64,000 nucleotides of DNA. Origin: Azolla caroliniana (taxonomy: Eukaryota; Plantae; Polypodiophyta). How positions within the stretch are numbered: position 1 is the first letter of the stretch; each line of letters starts with the position of its first letter. Below, one piece after another: positions 11,102 through 23,839 of this stretch. Made by a program: the position numbers and the translations under genes. Below the pieces are notes generated by a model. It worked only from the letters and a program-made list of their open reading frames with translations, searched no databases and was not told the origin of the DNA. The DNA lies in NCBI GenBank assembly GCA_043228905.1, contig JBHGNT010000008.1, positions 10,230,001-10,294,000 of the forward strand, written 5' to 3'.

Positions 11102-13300
11102 ATGGCGTCCTCAAGCAACCAAGCGGGAGAGCTCGAAAGGATGATGCTAATCGTCGAGCAAATGATGAGATCTCGGGACAACGACGCGAGCGTGGAGAAG
11201 GCTGTTGATCGTGTCGTAGAGCTCGAGGGCCAATTCGATGGAAGGAACGTTACGAAGTTCCTTGATGCATATAAGAGGGAGATGAATCAAAGGGACGTGT
11301 CCGAGGCACGTCAAATCGCAAGCTTCAAGAGAGTTGTCGCCAACAACATCCAAAGACGCGTCATCGAGCTTCAAGAAGGAAAGACAACATGGTCTGAGTT
11401 CGCGAAAATGATACTAGCGGAGTTCGTGACTGAAGACTCAACGAGGATGACTCGACATGCCCTGATGAAGTGGATAGAGAAGAAGAATAAGAAGATGAGC
11501 GTCTCGAGGGTGTATGACGAATTCGACCAAATGTTTAGTCGTCTCCCCAATACGGACCAAGTGTTGCTTGAAGAGGACCAGACTTTGTACTTCTTGAAGG
11601 CCGTGGACATAAAGGATAGACGGGAGTTGGGGACTCTTCTCGAAGATGATACCCAAGCAAATGGGCTCGTAGCGGACTGGATCGCGGTGAAGCGGGCATG
11701 CAATAGGCTCGACAAGCGTCGCCAATGGGTTGATGACACCGACTTGACGGGATCGACTACCACGGAGAAAGCAAGACCGCCGAAAGTAGCTGAGCCCCCA
11801 AGACAAAGTAACGTGGAAGAAAAGAAGATTGATGACGACATCATTGAAGAGCTAGCGAAGAAGTTCGAGAAGGCCACGCTAGCCAACATGAATCGTCGGG
11901 GCCCTAAAGGAAAAGAACCCTTTAGATGCGTGTGGTGCGATAGCATGGACCACATAAGAAGGGATTGTGCGAGCCTTCGAGAGGCGATTCGACAAAATAT
12001 CGTATACATAGAGGACAACATGATCTGCTCAAGCGAGACGAGAAGACCCCTACGGGTGAATTTCGGAAGAGGAGGAATGAAGAGATCTATGGAGGATGCC
12101 GATGCGAGTCATGTGGATGCGATGCACTATGCTGCGTCGGCCGGAATAAGAGTCGGGAAAGATAAGACTGAAGCTACTAGAGCGGGAGAAAAGTTTTGGA
12201 CTTCCGTTCTCGAATATGAGAAGAAGGGAAAAGTCACATCGAACGAGGTAGAGCTTGCGGACCGAAACGTGCAAAGCATAACCGGGTGGTCGGATCCGGT
12301 GGACGACAACACCATACTCGTAGAGGTGATGTGCGACAACCACGAGGTGTTCGTCGAAGAAAAGAGAAAGAGAATAGAAGAGCAAGGGCCATCAAAAAGA
12401 CATGAAACAAGGAACGCGAAAAAGAAGGACGATGCGGAGACGAGTCGACCTTTACAAACGGAGGAACGAGAATCAAGCCGAAAAGGGGAGCCAAGCATAC
12501 GAGTTGAAGAAACGGTTCGGCCCGTGAAGGTTGGTGTCGAAGACCCCACTCGGAGGACAAGGACCATACCTACCTATAAGCTAAGGTCGGACATAGAGCA
12601 GACGACGGACCTAAAGAAGATTCTCGAAGAACGTGTTCTTGATAGCCACGTAACTTTGTCCTTGAGGGAATTGCTTGGCATTACGAAGAAGGAGTTCCAT
12701 GACACGATCGTGGACCTTGTTAAGAGAAAGAGACAACAATCGGACGAGGAAGAAGAGAAGCCGCAGAAAGCAAAAACGAATGCCATAACGATGGCAAGAG
12801 ACGAAATCGATGAAGATATGGTGGACAGCCACTACACTCGACCTCATTGGGCACGAGCGACAACGGAGACGCCGGTGAAGATCGGGGAGAAGAAAGAGAC
12901 CGTCGTAGCCTTGATCGACCACGGCTCGGAGATCAACCTCATGTCAACCGACTTCTACAAAAAGGGAAGATGGCCAATCAATACAAACCACGGATGGAAG
13001 ATTCGCGCGGCAACAAAGTCTACGGAGGACTTGTACGGAGCTTGTCCCAATGTCAAAGTCACGATCGGGGATGTGGAGATGGATCAACACTTCTTCATAC
13101 AAGAATCGGCGTCGCATCCTGTCATCCTAGGGCAACCTTACATCACATCATCTCGGATGGAGACCAAAGTGTTCGATAATGGAGCAGCCTTCGCACGAAT
13201 AAAGAGTCTTGACAACCAAAGATCGGTCCAATTCCTAACAGTGCGAGCCAATCATGAAAGGAATCGAGATAGTCTCGGAGGCGAATCCTCGGATTTTTAG
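11102..13300 (+). CDS. Gag-protease ORF1 of D (intact; Zn-knuckle-like CVWCDSMDHIRRDC, DUF4100-like region, aspartic protease LIDHGSEIN)
   Basis: Uninterrupted ~730-aa ORF starting just after the PBS, ending at a slippery site. Confidence 0.9.
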   Translation: MASSSNQAGELERMMLIVEQMMRSRDNDASVEKAVDRVVELEGQFDGRNVTKFLDAYKREMNQRDVSEARQIASFKRVVANNIQRRVIELQEGKTTWSEFAKMILAEFVTEDSTRMTRHALMKWIEKKNKKMSVSRVYDEFDQMFSRLPNTDQVLLEEDQTLYFLKAVDIKDRRELGTLLEDDTQANGLVADWIAVKRACNRLDKRRQWVDDTDLTGSTTTEKARPPKVAEPPRQSNVEEKKIDDDIIEELAKKFEKATLANMNRRGPKGKEPFRCVWCDSMDHIRRDCASLREAIRQNIVYIEDNMICSSETRRPLRVNFGRGGMKRSMEDADASHVDAMHYAASAGIRVGKDKTEATRAGEKFWTSVLEYEKKGKVTSNEVELADRNVQSITGWSDPVDDNTILVEVMCDNHEVFVEEKRKRIEEQGPSKRHETRNAKKKDDAETSRPLQTEERESSRKGEPSIRVEETVRPVKVGVEDPTRRTRTIPTYKLRSDIEQTTDLKKILEERVLDSHVTLSLRELLGITKKEFHDTIVDLVKRKRQQSDEEEEKPQKAKTNAITMARDEIDEDMVDSHYTRPHWARATTETPVKIGEKKETVVALIDHGSEINLMSTDFYKKGRWPINTNHGWKIRAATKSTEDLYGACPNVKVTIGDVEMDQHFFIQESASHPVILGQPYITSSRMETKVFDNGAAFARIKSLDNQRSVQFLTVRANHERNRDSLGGESSDF

Positions 13301-13353
13301 AGCGGACTATTGAAGCATGGGGCACAAATAGTCTGAGCAATCACAAGACCCCA
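13291..13353 (+). promoter_or_regulatory. Predicted -1 ribosomal frameshift signal: G GAT TTT slippery site, 5-nt spacer, H-type pseudoknot
   Basis: The -1 frame opens at 13273 and runs without stops into RT; stem1 13303-13311/13327-13335; stem2 TGGGG 13318-13322/CCCCA 13349-13353. Confidence 0.8.
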
Positions 13354-15489
13354 CAAGAAAGAAGAGCGCGTGGATTTCAAGGAGAAGCAACATGTGTCAC
13401 ACCTAGTGGCGCATGTAAACTAGTACTACCCGACAAGAAGCACAAGCGCCGGATACAAGAATTCGAGAAGATGCTGAAAGAAGAGAACATAATAGAAGAA
13501 GGAGAGTTTGTGACTCATATTATGGAAGAAGCCTCATTTAACGACACCATCGGCGAAATCGAGGACGTCGTGGACTTGAGCTATCTTCACAACCAACGTG
13601 TGATTTCGGTTAACCCCGTCAACATGTACGCTATCATCGATGAATACCGTCGTGGCATCTCGATGAATGAAGCTGACATCAACACGAAATATAAAACGGT
13701 GGATAAGAAGATCAAGCCAGTTGCGGTTCCGCTACCGGAAGATAGCTGGCAAAAGATGAAGGAAGTCGCTAACGATCCAAGCTTAAGAGATCCGAAGAAG
13801 ATAGGTCATGACTTCACCAAAGAGACGAAGGGGAAGCTACGAGTTGGAAAGGAGGATTTCCTTCTCCCTGAAGAGGAGCGAATGTTTCGCGATATGCTTG
13901 AGAGACATGGGAAGGCTTTCGCATTCTTCCCACGAGAAATCGGATGCGCCGACCCAAAGGTTATAGAGCCAATGGTGATCTTCACGGTGCCCCATGTGCC
14001 TTGGAATTTGAAACCGATACCGGTTCCGAGAGCACACCTTCCGAAGCTGATCGAGCTCTTAAAAGAAAAGGTGAGTATGGGAATTCTAGAACCGTCGAAT
14101 GCTCCTTGTTCCAATAGGTGGTTCACGGTGCCGAAGAAGAATGGATCATTGCGATTCATCCAAGATCTTCAACCCGTCAACAAGGTGACAATTCGAAATG
14201 CCGGAATCGGTCCAAGCGTGGACGAATTTGCCGAAGCATTTGCGGGCCGGTCCATCTACTCCATTGGCGATCTCTACTCCGGATATGACCAATTCCAATT
14301 GGCGATCGACAGTCGGGACATTACAACCATGAGGACTCCGATCGGGCTTGTGCGGATGTGTACCTTACCCCAAGGCGCAACGAACTCGGTGGCTCATATG
14401 GTGAATGCCATGAATAAAGTCTTGAAGGATTGCATTCTGGACATCACGATGCCATTCTTGGATGATATTCCGATAAAAGGATGTTCGGATGAGGAGAAAG
14501 ATGAATCGAAAGATAAGGAAGGTTGTAGAAAGTTCGTTGCGGATCATATGAAAGATTGCGAGAAGGTGCTTCAAAGGCTCGAAGATGCGAATTTGACATT
14601 TTCGGGAGAAAAATCTGCATTCGGGCAACCGGAGATCTTGGTGGTAGGTCACTTGTGTGGAGCATACGGCCGGAAGCCCTCGCCATCCAAATTGAACGCA
14701 ATCCAAGACATGAAAGAAGAATGCGAAAACCAAACGGAGGTTCGAAGGTTCCTTGGAGCGTGCGCGTTTTATCATATATGGATTCCTCACTACGCTCATG
14801 TCGCCGAACCGTTATATGGACTACTAAAGAAAAGAATAAAGTTCGAATGGCGAGACGAGCACACAGAGGCGATGCGAAGATTAAAGAAACTGCTTCTTGA
14901 AGCTCCGGCACTAAGGAAGGCCGACTATGCCGAAGGGAAACCAATTTACGTGACCGTAGATACGAGCCCAACCGGAATCGGGTGGGTTATCAATCAAGAA
15001 GGTGAAGATAATGCGCGATATGCCGTCCGGTTCGGAGCAAAGGTTCTCAGCGAACGGCAACAAAGATATGCCCAAGTCAAGCGGGAACTTTGGGGTATTG
15101 TGTCGGTAGTGAAGACGGAGAAAGATTACCTGATCGGGTCAGAAGTGATAATAGAGACAGATTGTCTCCCAATTCTCAGAATGGTCTCGGGATGTGCGAT
15201 CCCAGATCTTGCTATGCTAAGGTGGATCGCCTACATCAAGTCTTTAAACCCAGAGATCCGTCACATCGCAGGGAAGAAGAACGCCATGGCTGACATGCTG
15301 TCGAGGGCAAGATTTTCAAATGGAAGTAACATGGTTTCGGAAGATGAGATGTCGCCCTCGACTTCTTCAAGATGGCTCAATTGTCGGCAGAAGACCAGGA
15401 CACGCAAACCCTCCACGCCTTCAACGAGAACGAGTACGAAGGAGAGTGGTTACTCATCGGTAGATTCCTAAGAACATTGACGACCGATG
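13291..15489 (+). pseudogene. pol (RT-RNase H) of D, 5' part; frameshift near 15348, then interrupted by Copia C
   Basis: RT motifs DLYSGYDQF, LPQGATNS, FLDD; RH VTVDTSPTG...ELWG...TDC...ADMLSR. Confidence 0.93.
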
Positions 15490-18400
15490 TGTTGGAGAGA
15501 ATGTCGTCTTTGCGGAAGATCGAGAAGCATTCAGTTCTGTTCTGAGTACCTGCGTATGACAGATTGTATGTCGTTGCACAGAGAGAGAGAGAGAGAGAGA
15601 GGGAGAAAAAAGGCACAAAAGAACTTCTTATTTCATAAAGTAATAATACAACAACCAACCTCACAAAGAGGTTACAAGGTCACTATATATAGTGACCGAC
15701 TTAGGGCAACTACCCTTTATGCTAATTACATAAATGGCCAAAATGGGATAGTGTGAATACGTCCATTATACACATGTATTCGACACTCCCCCGTAATGGG
15801 CGTATACATGGGTTATCTAAGATTATAGGTATAGACTTAGGTTCTCGGACATATCAGCTTTGTTCGAGTCGGCAGGGTCCGAAGGCAGAAGACCGAACTG
15901 GTCGGGTCGGAACAGTTGAAGCCGATCATTAAGGAACTGATGTCGGTTGTCGGGAACCATCCTGCTCTGTGTCCGGCTCTAACCGGACTGATTTGTCGTT
16001 ACGCCCATCTGATGCCGAAGAGACCGAAAACGGTCTGCCGAGAGACACTTGGTCATTCCATTTGCGACATTGTCGATTGTGGATATTTTCTCTAGACCGA
16101 TTTTCCCTGAAATGACGCAGTCCCGAACGAAGTGATATCGAACGTCGATATGTTTGGAGGCGTTGTGGTGAACCGGATTTTTCGACAAGGCAACAGCACC
16201 TTGACTGTCGCTGTAGACAACTGGAGCCGAGTCATGGTCGACTTGTCGAAACGTGTGCGCCAGCCGACCGAGCCACAAAGCTTCTTTTGCTGCGTCGGAC
16301 GCAGCTACATATTCTGCTTCGGTCGTTGAGGTCGCTGTGCACTCCTGAAGTTTCGACTTCCACGAGATTGCTCCATTGCCGAATTTGAAGCAGTATCCGG
16401 TTGTTGATTTCCGACTGTCTATACAGCCGGCGAAGTCCGAGTCGGTGTAGCCGACTACGCCTGAGGTTCAGTTCGGACCGAAAAGAATGCCATGGTCTTT
16501 TGTGCCAGCCAGATATCTGAACACATGCTTGGCTGCGTTCCAATGCGATCGGCCAGGGTTGTGCATAAATCTGCTAACGACTCCTACGGCATGAGAGATA
16601 TCAGGCCGTGTCGCGACCATTAGGTACATAAGGGAGCCGACTGCCGGTGCATACGGTACCGACTTCATATCTTCCCCCTCCGGACCGGATGTCGGGCAGT
16701 CTCGCTGAGAGAGCCGAAGATTCATGGGGAGCGGGGTTGAAGCAGATTTGGCTGATTGCATGTTGAAGCGTTCCAAGACACGTCCGATATAGTCGGTCTG
16801 AGACAAAAAGAGATGTCGTTTATCGCGATGCCGACTAATTTTCATGCCAAGGATGTGTCGTGCCGGACCGAGGTCCTTCATGGCAAACTTCAACCGCAGT
16901 TGCCGAACGAGATCGGCAAGTTCGCCCGCGTGGCGTCCAGAAATTAGCATGTCGTCCACGTAAATGATGAGGAAGATGGGTGATCCATCTTGAGCGGTGT
17001 TGGTGAAGAGACAATGGTCCTCATCGCTTTTGGAGAAGCCGATCGATTGGATGAAGTCGTCGAACTTCTTGTACCATTGTCGCGGTGCCTGTTTGAGGCC
17101 GTATAGACTCTTCTTGAGTCGGCAGACTAGATGTTCTTGGCCAGTTGCCACGAAGCCTTTTGGCTGCTCCATATAAATTTCCTCCTCAAGATCACCATGG
17201 AGGAATGCTGTTTTGACATCTAGCTGGATCAGCTCCAGGTTGTCGGCTGCCACGACGCCGAGTAGAAAACGAAGGGTTGTCATTTTCACCACTGGTGAAA
17301 AGATCTCGTCGAAGTCGACGCCATATTCTTGTCGGAAGCCCTTCGCAACTAATCTGGCCTTGTACTTTGGGATGGTCGAATCAGACGTCTCTTTTAGTCG
17401 ATAAACCCACTTGCAAGGAAGAGCACGTCGGTTCCTAGGTAATTCGACCAGATCCCAAGTCTTGTTTGCCCGGATGGAGTGCATTTCTGACTCCATCGCC
17501 AGATGCCAGGTGGCGGAATCGACAGATGTCGATGCTTCTTCGTAAGACGTCGGTTCTCCGGCGTCGGTGAAGAAAATTCCAGGAGAATACCTCTCCGGAG
17601 GTTGCGACAGTCTCTCGGATCGTCGAGGTATGATTGGGCTGGTCGCATCGGGTATCGAGGTCGGATGGTCCGAAAGCGGATTGTCCTGCTGTGCCAAGTC
17701 GGGGTTGTCCGAGTCGGTAGCGTAAGGTTCAGCTACCCGTGAAGCTAACCGTGTGTTAAGAGCGGGGCCTTCTTGAAGGGTCGGTACATCGGAAAATGTT
17801 ACCCTTCGGACTTCGGTCGGTGTTTCGACTGATGGAGTCATAGCCGACTCGTTGAACACAACGTCCGAACTTCGAACGATTTGTCTGCGTTCGGAGTCCC
17901 AGAGTCGGTATCCCATTTCGCCGTCTGATCCATATCCAAGGAAAATGCATTTCCTGGACCGAGGTGCAAGTTTTCGGCGATCATCTTTCGGAATAAGGGC
18001 GTACGCCTCGCATCCGAAGATCCTCAGCTTGTCGTAATTCGGCTTACTACCGATCCATAGTTCCTGAGGAATTTGAAGTCCTAGAGGTCTACTTGGCGAC
18101 ATGTTGATTATGTGTACTGCCGTGAGTAGAGCCTCTGCCCAGAAGCCATCCGACAGTCCGGAGTGTTGGAGCATGGAAACTATCCGTTCTTGGATTGTCC
18201 GATTCATGCGTTCGGCAATCCCGTTTTGCTCCGGACTGTGTGGTGCCGTATATTCACGTCGGATGCCGCGTTGTCGGCAGAATTTGACGAATTCTTCAGA
18301 TTTGAACTCTCCCCCATTGTCTGTCCGAAAGCATTTCAGCTTTCGGTCGGTTTGATTTTCTACCATAGCGAGCCAATCGGTGAAGATCGAGAAGACCCGA

Positions 18401-20659
18401 TCTTTGGTGCGAATTGGATAAGCCCACACCTTTCGAGTCGAATCGTCAATAAAAGTGACGAAGTAAGAGGCACCGCCAAGAGACTGATGCGGCATTGGGC
18501 CACAGACATCCGAATGGACTAAATCAAGAGGTCTCGTTTCTCTTGGTGCTGATGTCGGGTGTGATGCGGCTACTTGTTTGCCATACTGGCAATGCTCGCA
18601 GAATTGATGGTCGGAGAAGGAGAGTTTGGGGATGTATCCGGCTCTAGATAGATGCGTGATGCCGGCCTTGCTGAGGTGTCCTAATCTTCTGTGCCATAGT
18701 GATGACACAGGAATATCCACCAAAAACAGGTTACCCTCTCTGAGTGTAACATGTAACGGATACAGTGAGTGTATCTTGGGTCCTCTAGCAAGCAGGAGGT
18801 TCCCCCTGTGGAGTGTCCACCCTCCCGAAGAAAAGCCGGCACGAATGCCGTCTTCATCTAGTTGTCCGACTGAGATCAATGGCCTTGAGAGCTCGGGTAC
18901 ATGTCGGACATTGTGGAGTACAAGGGTAGAGCCACCGGCGAGGTTGAGCTCTATTGTGCCGATTCCGATGATGTCACAGTGTTGCGAGTTACCGACTCGA
19001 ACTGAGTCGGAGTGACGGATCGTATATTGCCGAAATTGGGATCGATGAGGAGTCACGTGAAATGACGCGCCCGAATCTAAGAGCCATGTGCTCGATTCTT
19101 CAGTCGTGAGTAGAACTTCTGATCCGACTGGATTTTCGATTGATAGTATATTCGGGTCGTCCGGTAGTACATCAGCTGAGAAGCTGACGTAATTGATCTC
19201 CTCATGCCGGCCACTCTTCTTGTTGGTTTTGTTCTTGAGTGCGCGGCAGTCGGCTTTGATGTGTCCGGGTTTCTTGCAATAGTTGCAGATTCGGTTATCC
19301 CGTGACTGGCTCCGTCTTCGCTGATTGTTCGGCGGTCGTGAGGAATCTCTTCCTCGTATGTTCGATCGGTCTGTCGAACCTTGTACTACATAAGCGTCGT
19401 CTGTTGAGTCTTTGGCGAAAGACTTTCTCCGAGCTGCTTCGGTCAGGATTGCGCTCGTGACTTCGGAGTATTTAACAGCCGTGGTTGACGCGTTGCACAC
19501 GGTTGTGACGAAAGTTTCCCATGATGAGGGAAGGCTGCTCATGAGTATCATTGCTCTGAGCTCATCCTCGATTGCCGTCCCCTGTGACGAGATTTGGGAG
19601 CTTATGCTTTCGTACTCATTGAGGTGTGCTTGAACCGAATCGGACTCTTTCATCCGCAAGTTGTAGAGGCGCCGGATCAGAAACATCTTTGTTGCGGCGA
19701 CCTTCTTTTCGTAAGTGTCCGACAGTGTTTTCCACAGTTCGAATGCTGTCGTACACGATTGCACCGTAAAATATACCGATTCCGATAGGTGCATCCGAAT
19801 CGTGGCGCGGACGATTCTGTCCAGCTTCTGCCACTCGATTGGTTTGTATCCTTCTAGAGGTTCTTCATTTTCGATGGGATCGATTTGCCCCTTGACTATG
19901 AGATAGTCCTGCATTTGTTCCTTCCAGAAGTTGAAGTTCGATCCATCGAACTTGCGTAGACTCATTTCTGACGAGCCGGATGTTGATGCCATCAAATTTG
20001 GTTTCGGTTGACGAAGCTCGGTTCGGAGTCGACTACGAACCTTGTTGGAGTGCAGCCGGTTGGCTCACCCGATATCGTTCTAGTCGGATTTGAACCCGAG
20101 TAGGTTCGGCTTCGGAACTTGCTCGAATTGACTTCGGTAGCTTGAGGGACAGAACCGACTGGTCTTCCCGAATGTTACCGAGTCGGAGTGAGTTCGGTTC
20201 GCTTCGGATATATATGCCGAATACCGATTATTAAAACCGATTATCTGGACCGATTCTGCTTCGGGTGGCTGCAGCGACGAGAGAGACGGATCCGACTGAT
20301 CCTCCCGAATGTCGATCAGTCAGATGAAGCGCGAATTTGGGTTGTTGTCAAAGTTGCACAATGGGATTTCACCTCGAGCGGTTACGATCACAAGGAACAG
20401 AGTACAACCTGCTGGCTTACTCCAAGCAAAGATGATCTAATGCAATGAGATGCAAACCTGGTTTTTTCTTCTTCTTCTCTCTTCTTCGAGTGACGCAGGA
20501 AACCGAATGCTGAGACGACGGCCGACAGCGGATTGAAGGACCGACTACTGTGCAGGCTCTGATACCAGATGTTGGAGAGAATGTCGTCTTTGCGGAAGAT
20601 CGAGAAGCATTCAGTTCTGTTCTGAGTACCTGCGTATGACAGATTGTATGTCGTTGCAC

Positions 20660-20690
<31 letters not shown>

Positions 20691-20869
20691 AAAAAGGCAC
20701 AAAAGAACTTCTTATTTCATAAAGTAATAATACAACAACCAACCTCACAAAGAGGTTACAAGGTCACTATATATAGTGACCGACTTAGGGCAACTACCCT
20801 TTATGCTAATTACATAAATGGCCAAAACGGGATAGTGTGAATACGTCCATTATACACATGTATTCGACA
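15490..20869 (-). mobile_element. Ty1/Copia element C, full length and very young, same family as A, 5-bp TSD CGATG
   Basis: LTRs 20570-20869 and 15490-15785 differ by one substitution and 4 bp of (GA)n; PBS 20556-20567; PPT 15786-15792; CGATG at 15485-15489 and 20870-20874. Confidence 0.98.
15979..19992 (-). pseudogene. Copia gag-pol of C with a single CGA>TGA stop (16468-16470) just before RNase H
   Basis: 1175-aa ORF plus in-frame RH continuation to 15979; A has CGA at the same codon. Confidence 0.95.
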
Positions 20870-20874
20870 CGATG

Positions 20875-22169
20875 CTTCATTGACAAAGGAGGAGGCCCTA
20901 CGAATCCGGAAGAAAGCTTATCGATACTTCTTGAAGGGAGGATTCCTTTGGCGACATCCAAAAAGAAGGACAGGAATACCACGTCGAGTGGTGGTAAAGA
21001 AAGAAGAGCAAGAGACGTTGATGACCGAATTCCACGAGAGTGCTTGGGTAGGTCATAAAGGAACATGGGCGACGTTCGAAAAATTGAAGGAGAAGTACTG
21101 GTGGCCAAGCATGTACAAAGATGTACTCCATTTCGTTTCCACATGTGAAACTTGCCAAGTATATTCAAATATACGTCATCGTGATGAGTTAAAGCCGACA
21201 TACCCACTCACCATTCACTTCAAATGGATGGTGGATCTGGTCTCGATGCCAATGGGAGTGGGACAAATGAAGTACTTAGCGCTCGCAAGGGAAGACTTGA
21301 CAAATCAAGTGGAAGGACGAGCCTTGACATATAAGACGACTTCAGCCGTTTGCAAATTTCTACTTGAAGATGTTGTTTGCCGATATGGATGTGTAGGGAA
21401 GATAGTGGCCGACCGAGGGGAGTTGGACGCGCACGAAGCGACGGAGCTCTTCGAAAGACTAGGCGTGAAGCTCTCCCTCACGACTGCCTACAATCCGGAA
21501 GCAAATGGGAAGATCGAGCGAGGGCATGGACCTATCGTTAAAGCCATCGTACGGGCATGCAACGGTCGAGTCGGGAATTGGCCACGACTATTACCCTATG
21601 CCTTGTGGGCCGATAGAACGACACATAGCTCGGTGACAGGGTATATGCCGACGGAGCTTATGTATGGACAAAAGCCGATTATGCCCATCGAAAGGACGAT
21701 CGCCTCATGGGTAGCGATACCGTGGGGGAACGAGATGAGTCGAGAAGAGTTATTAGCGCCGCGGATAAGTCAACTTGAATGAAGACCTGAAGATTTAGAA
21801 AAAGCGCGAAAGATGATGAAGGCAGCCCGAGTAAAGAACAAAGTTCGGTTCGACAACACGCATCGACTTCGTCCCAAGAAGATTGAAGAAGGGGATTAGG
21901 TCTTGGTCTACGACAACACCCTTGACAATCAACATAGTACAACAAGGAAGTTCGCAAGAAGATGGTTCGGGCCGTATGTGGTGACAAGTGCCAACGATAA
22001 TGCCACATACCACCTTGCGGAACTAGACGGATCAAGGTTGGCCGTACCCATTGCGGGAAAAAGAGTAAAGCTTTTCAAGAAAAGACAAGACAAGGATCCT
22101 GACCTCGATTACCTCGACGATGAACATAATAGGCCAGATGAAAATGAAGACATGGAGGAATTTAATTGA
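20875..22169 (+). pseudogene. Integrase of D (3' part of pol) with two in-frame stops
   Basis: HHCC (FHESAWVGH...CETC), DDE core (VDLV...ADRGE...ERGH), GPY/F motif (WFGPYVV); stops near 21780 and 21897. Confidence 0.93.
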
Positions 22170-22241
22170 TCATCGTAGCCGAAATCTCACTTCTTCTCTT
22201 CTTGGCATGTACCGGAGGACGTCCGGTTTGGTGGGGGTGGA

Positions 22242-23259
22242 TGTCGTGAAGATTTTCGGCAATAGTGTGAAAATCCCATAAAACGTACAAAATCGAGTAT
22301 GAATCACGTAATACAATAATTGTAAAGATAACATTTTCAATATCTAAGTACAAATGATGGAGGTTTCGAATGCACTTTATTACACGAGAAATGGACAACT
22401 AAATGTCAAGATATGAGGGTATAAAGTTTGTGAAAAGAAAAGAGAAAATTGTGAGATATCCCACATAAGCACGACAAATACGGCTCTCATCATATATAAG
22501 GTGGAGCAAAAGATATTATCTTTGTGTCTATGTGTGGAGCATAGAGAGTTCAAGGTAACTTGAACTTAGAGTGGAGGTGGCTAGCTACTCGAAAAGGGTT
22601 TTGGCCAACCAAAACCGGACCGGCGATGGAGCCGGTGATCCGGCGGCGGCATGCGGCACCGGTATCCGACGGCGGCGTCGGTATCCGGCGGCGGCACCGG
22701 TATCCGGCGACGGCATCCGGCGACGGTATCCGGCGAACCGGCGACTAGATAAAATAAATATATAAAAATATATACATATTTACATATACAAGGAGGGCAA
22801 GTATGGATTCGAACCTTGCACCTCCAAGTTAGGAGTCAAATGGCTTAACATTAAGCCATAGTATTTAGTTGAAATTATATTTCTATCATTGTACTTTTAC
22901 ATGTAAATTCTCATCCATGAGTGCTAAAATGAGTGACATGGTTAGCATGCACCACATGTAATACTTAAGTGCCAAATGGAAAACATGAAATTTATGCATG
23001 TCTTGTACCCTCACATGCATCATATGCATGAGAGCATCTATAAAAGAGGGAAGGGGGAGGAGAAAAACACGGTTTTTTTTTTATGAAAATTAAGAGGAAG
23101 AAATTCGTTTTCAAATCAATTGTGTAATCTCATCTTCTCTCTTTCCCAATCTATCTTAAGTACTTTCTCGCCAAAGCTTGTATCGACTCTAAATCCTTCT
23201 GGTCCAGAACCCCGGCGGTTCCCCTCACGATCCGCGCGTAGTGACGGATCTTCACGACA
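22242..23259 (+). repeat. 3' LTR of D (1018 bp)
   Basis: Matches the 5' LTR; follows the PPT; followed by TSD CCGG. Confidence 0.97.
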
Positions 23260-23263
23260 CCGG

Positions 23264-23607
23264 ATGTTGTTCAGCTCTTACAAGAGCTGCAACTTACGGG
23301 TTGTGGTACTCGCAGCGAAAATCTTCCGTAGATTTTCCCAGACCTCCTTCGGCGTCTTTGCATCCTTGATGTAGCTGAGCATTTGATCATGCACACCGGA
23401 CGCAAGACAATACAGTACCCGACTCGCTCCTTGCTCCCATACCGTAAAGTCTTTGTGTGACGGCTCCGATGCTACTTCATTTGTTCCTTCCACAAAGTTC
23501 CAATATCCATGCCCCAGCAGGTACTGGTGCATTTTATATGACCAAGACGCGTAGTTGCTCCGGTCGAGCTTCTCTGTTGGAAGTGAACTCGCCATTCCTC
23601 TGTCCAT
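23264..23607 (-). pseudogene. N-terminal gag of B
   Basis: EKLDRSNYASWSYKMHQYLLGHGYW...AKTPKEVWENL, typical Copia gag N-terminus; same sequence in I. Confidence 0.9.
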
Positions 23608-23701
23608 ATCTTCTCTTTGTCTGTTGTTACCAGGTTCTAGGGTTCGTCTACGAAAGCAAGCGTAGGTTGCAGAGGTTCTCAACCCTCGCGCTCTGATACC
23701 A

Positions 23702-23801
23702 TGTAAATGTTAATGTGCGGAAGCGTCAGACAGAACCAGCTCAGCCAGATAGCAACAGAAAATGAGATGAAGGTTTAATGGAAAAGCTTAAAAACACAGA
23801 G

Positions 23802-23839
<38 letters not shown>

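Larger units (their letters stand above)
9962..23259 (+). mobile_element. Ty3/Gypsy element D (non-chromovirus; possibly Phygy/Selgy-like), full length, 4-bp TSD CCGG, carrying nested Copia C
   Basis: LTRs 9962-11034 and 22242-23259 (TGTCGTGAAG...CTTCACGACA); CCGG at 9958-9961 and 23260-23263; PBS 11043-11061; PPT GGTGGGGGTGGA 22230-22241; RT-RH-INT order; no chromodomain. Confidence 0.97.

Noticed and set aside
11371-12922. Antisense ORFs (up to 216 aa) opposite D gag, and similar short ORFs opposite other pol genes
   Set aside because: Shadow ORFs of purine-rich coding strands; no motifs
15345-15352. Second programmed frameshift in D pol
   Set aside because: No slippery heptamer; looks like a small deletion after RNase H
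22170-22241. env-like ORF in D
   Set aside because: Only about 70 bp between the integrase stop and the 3' LTR
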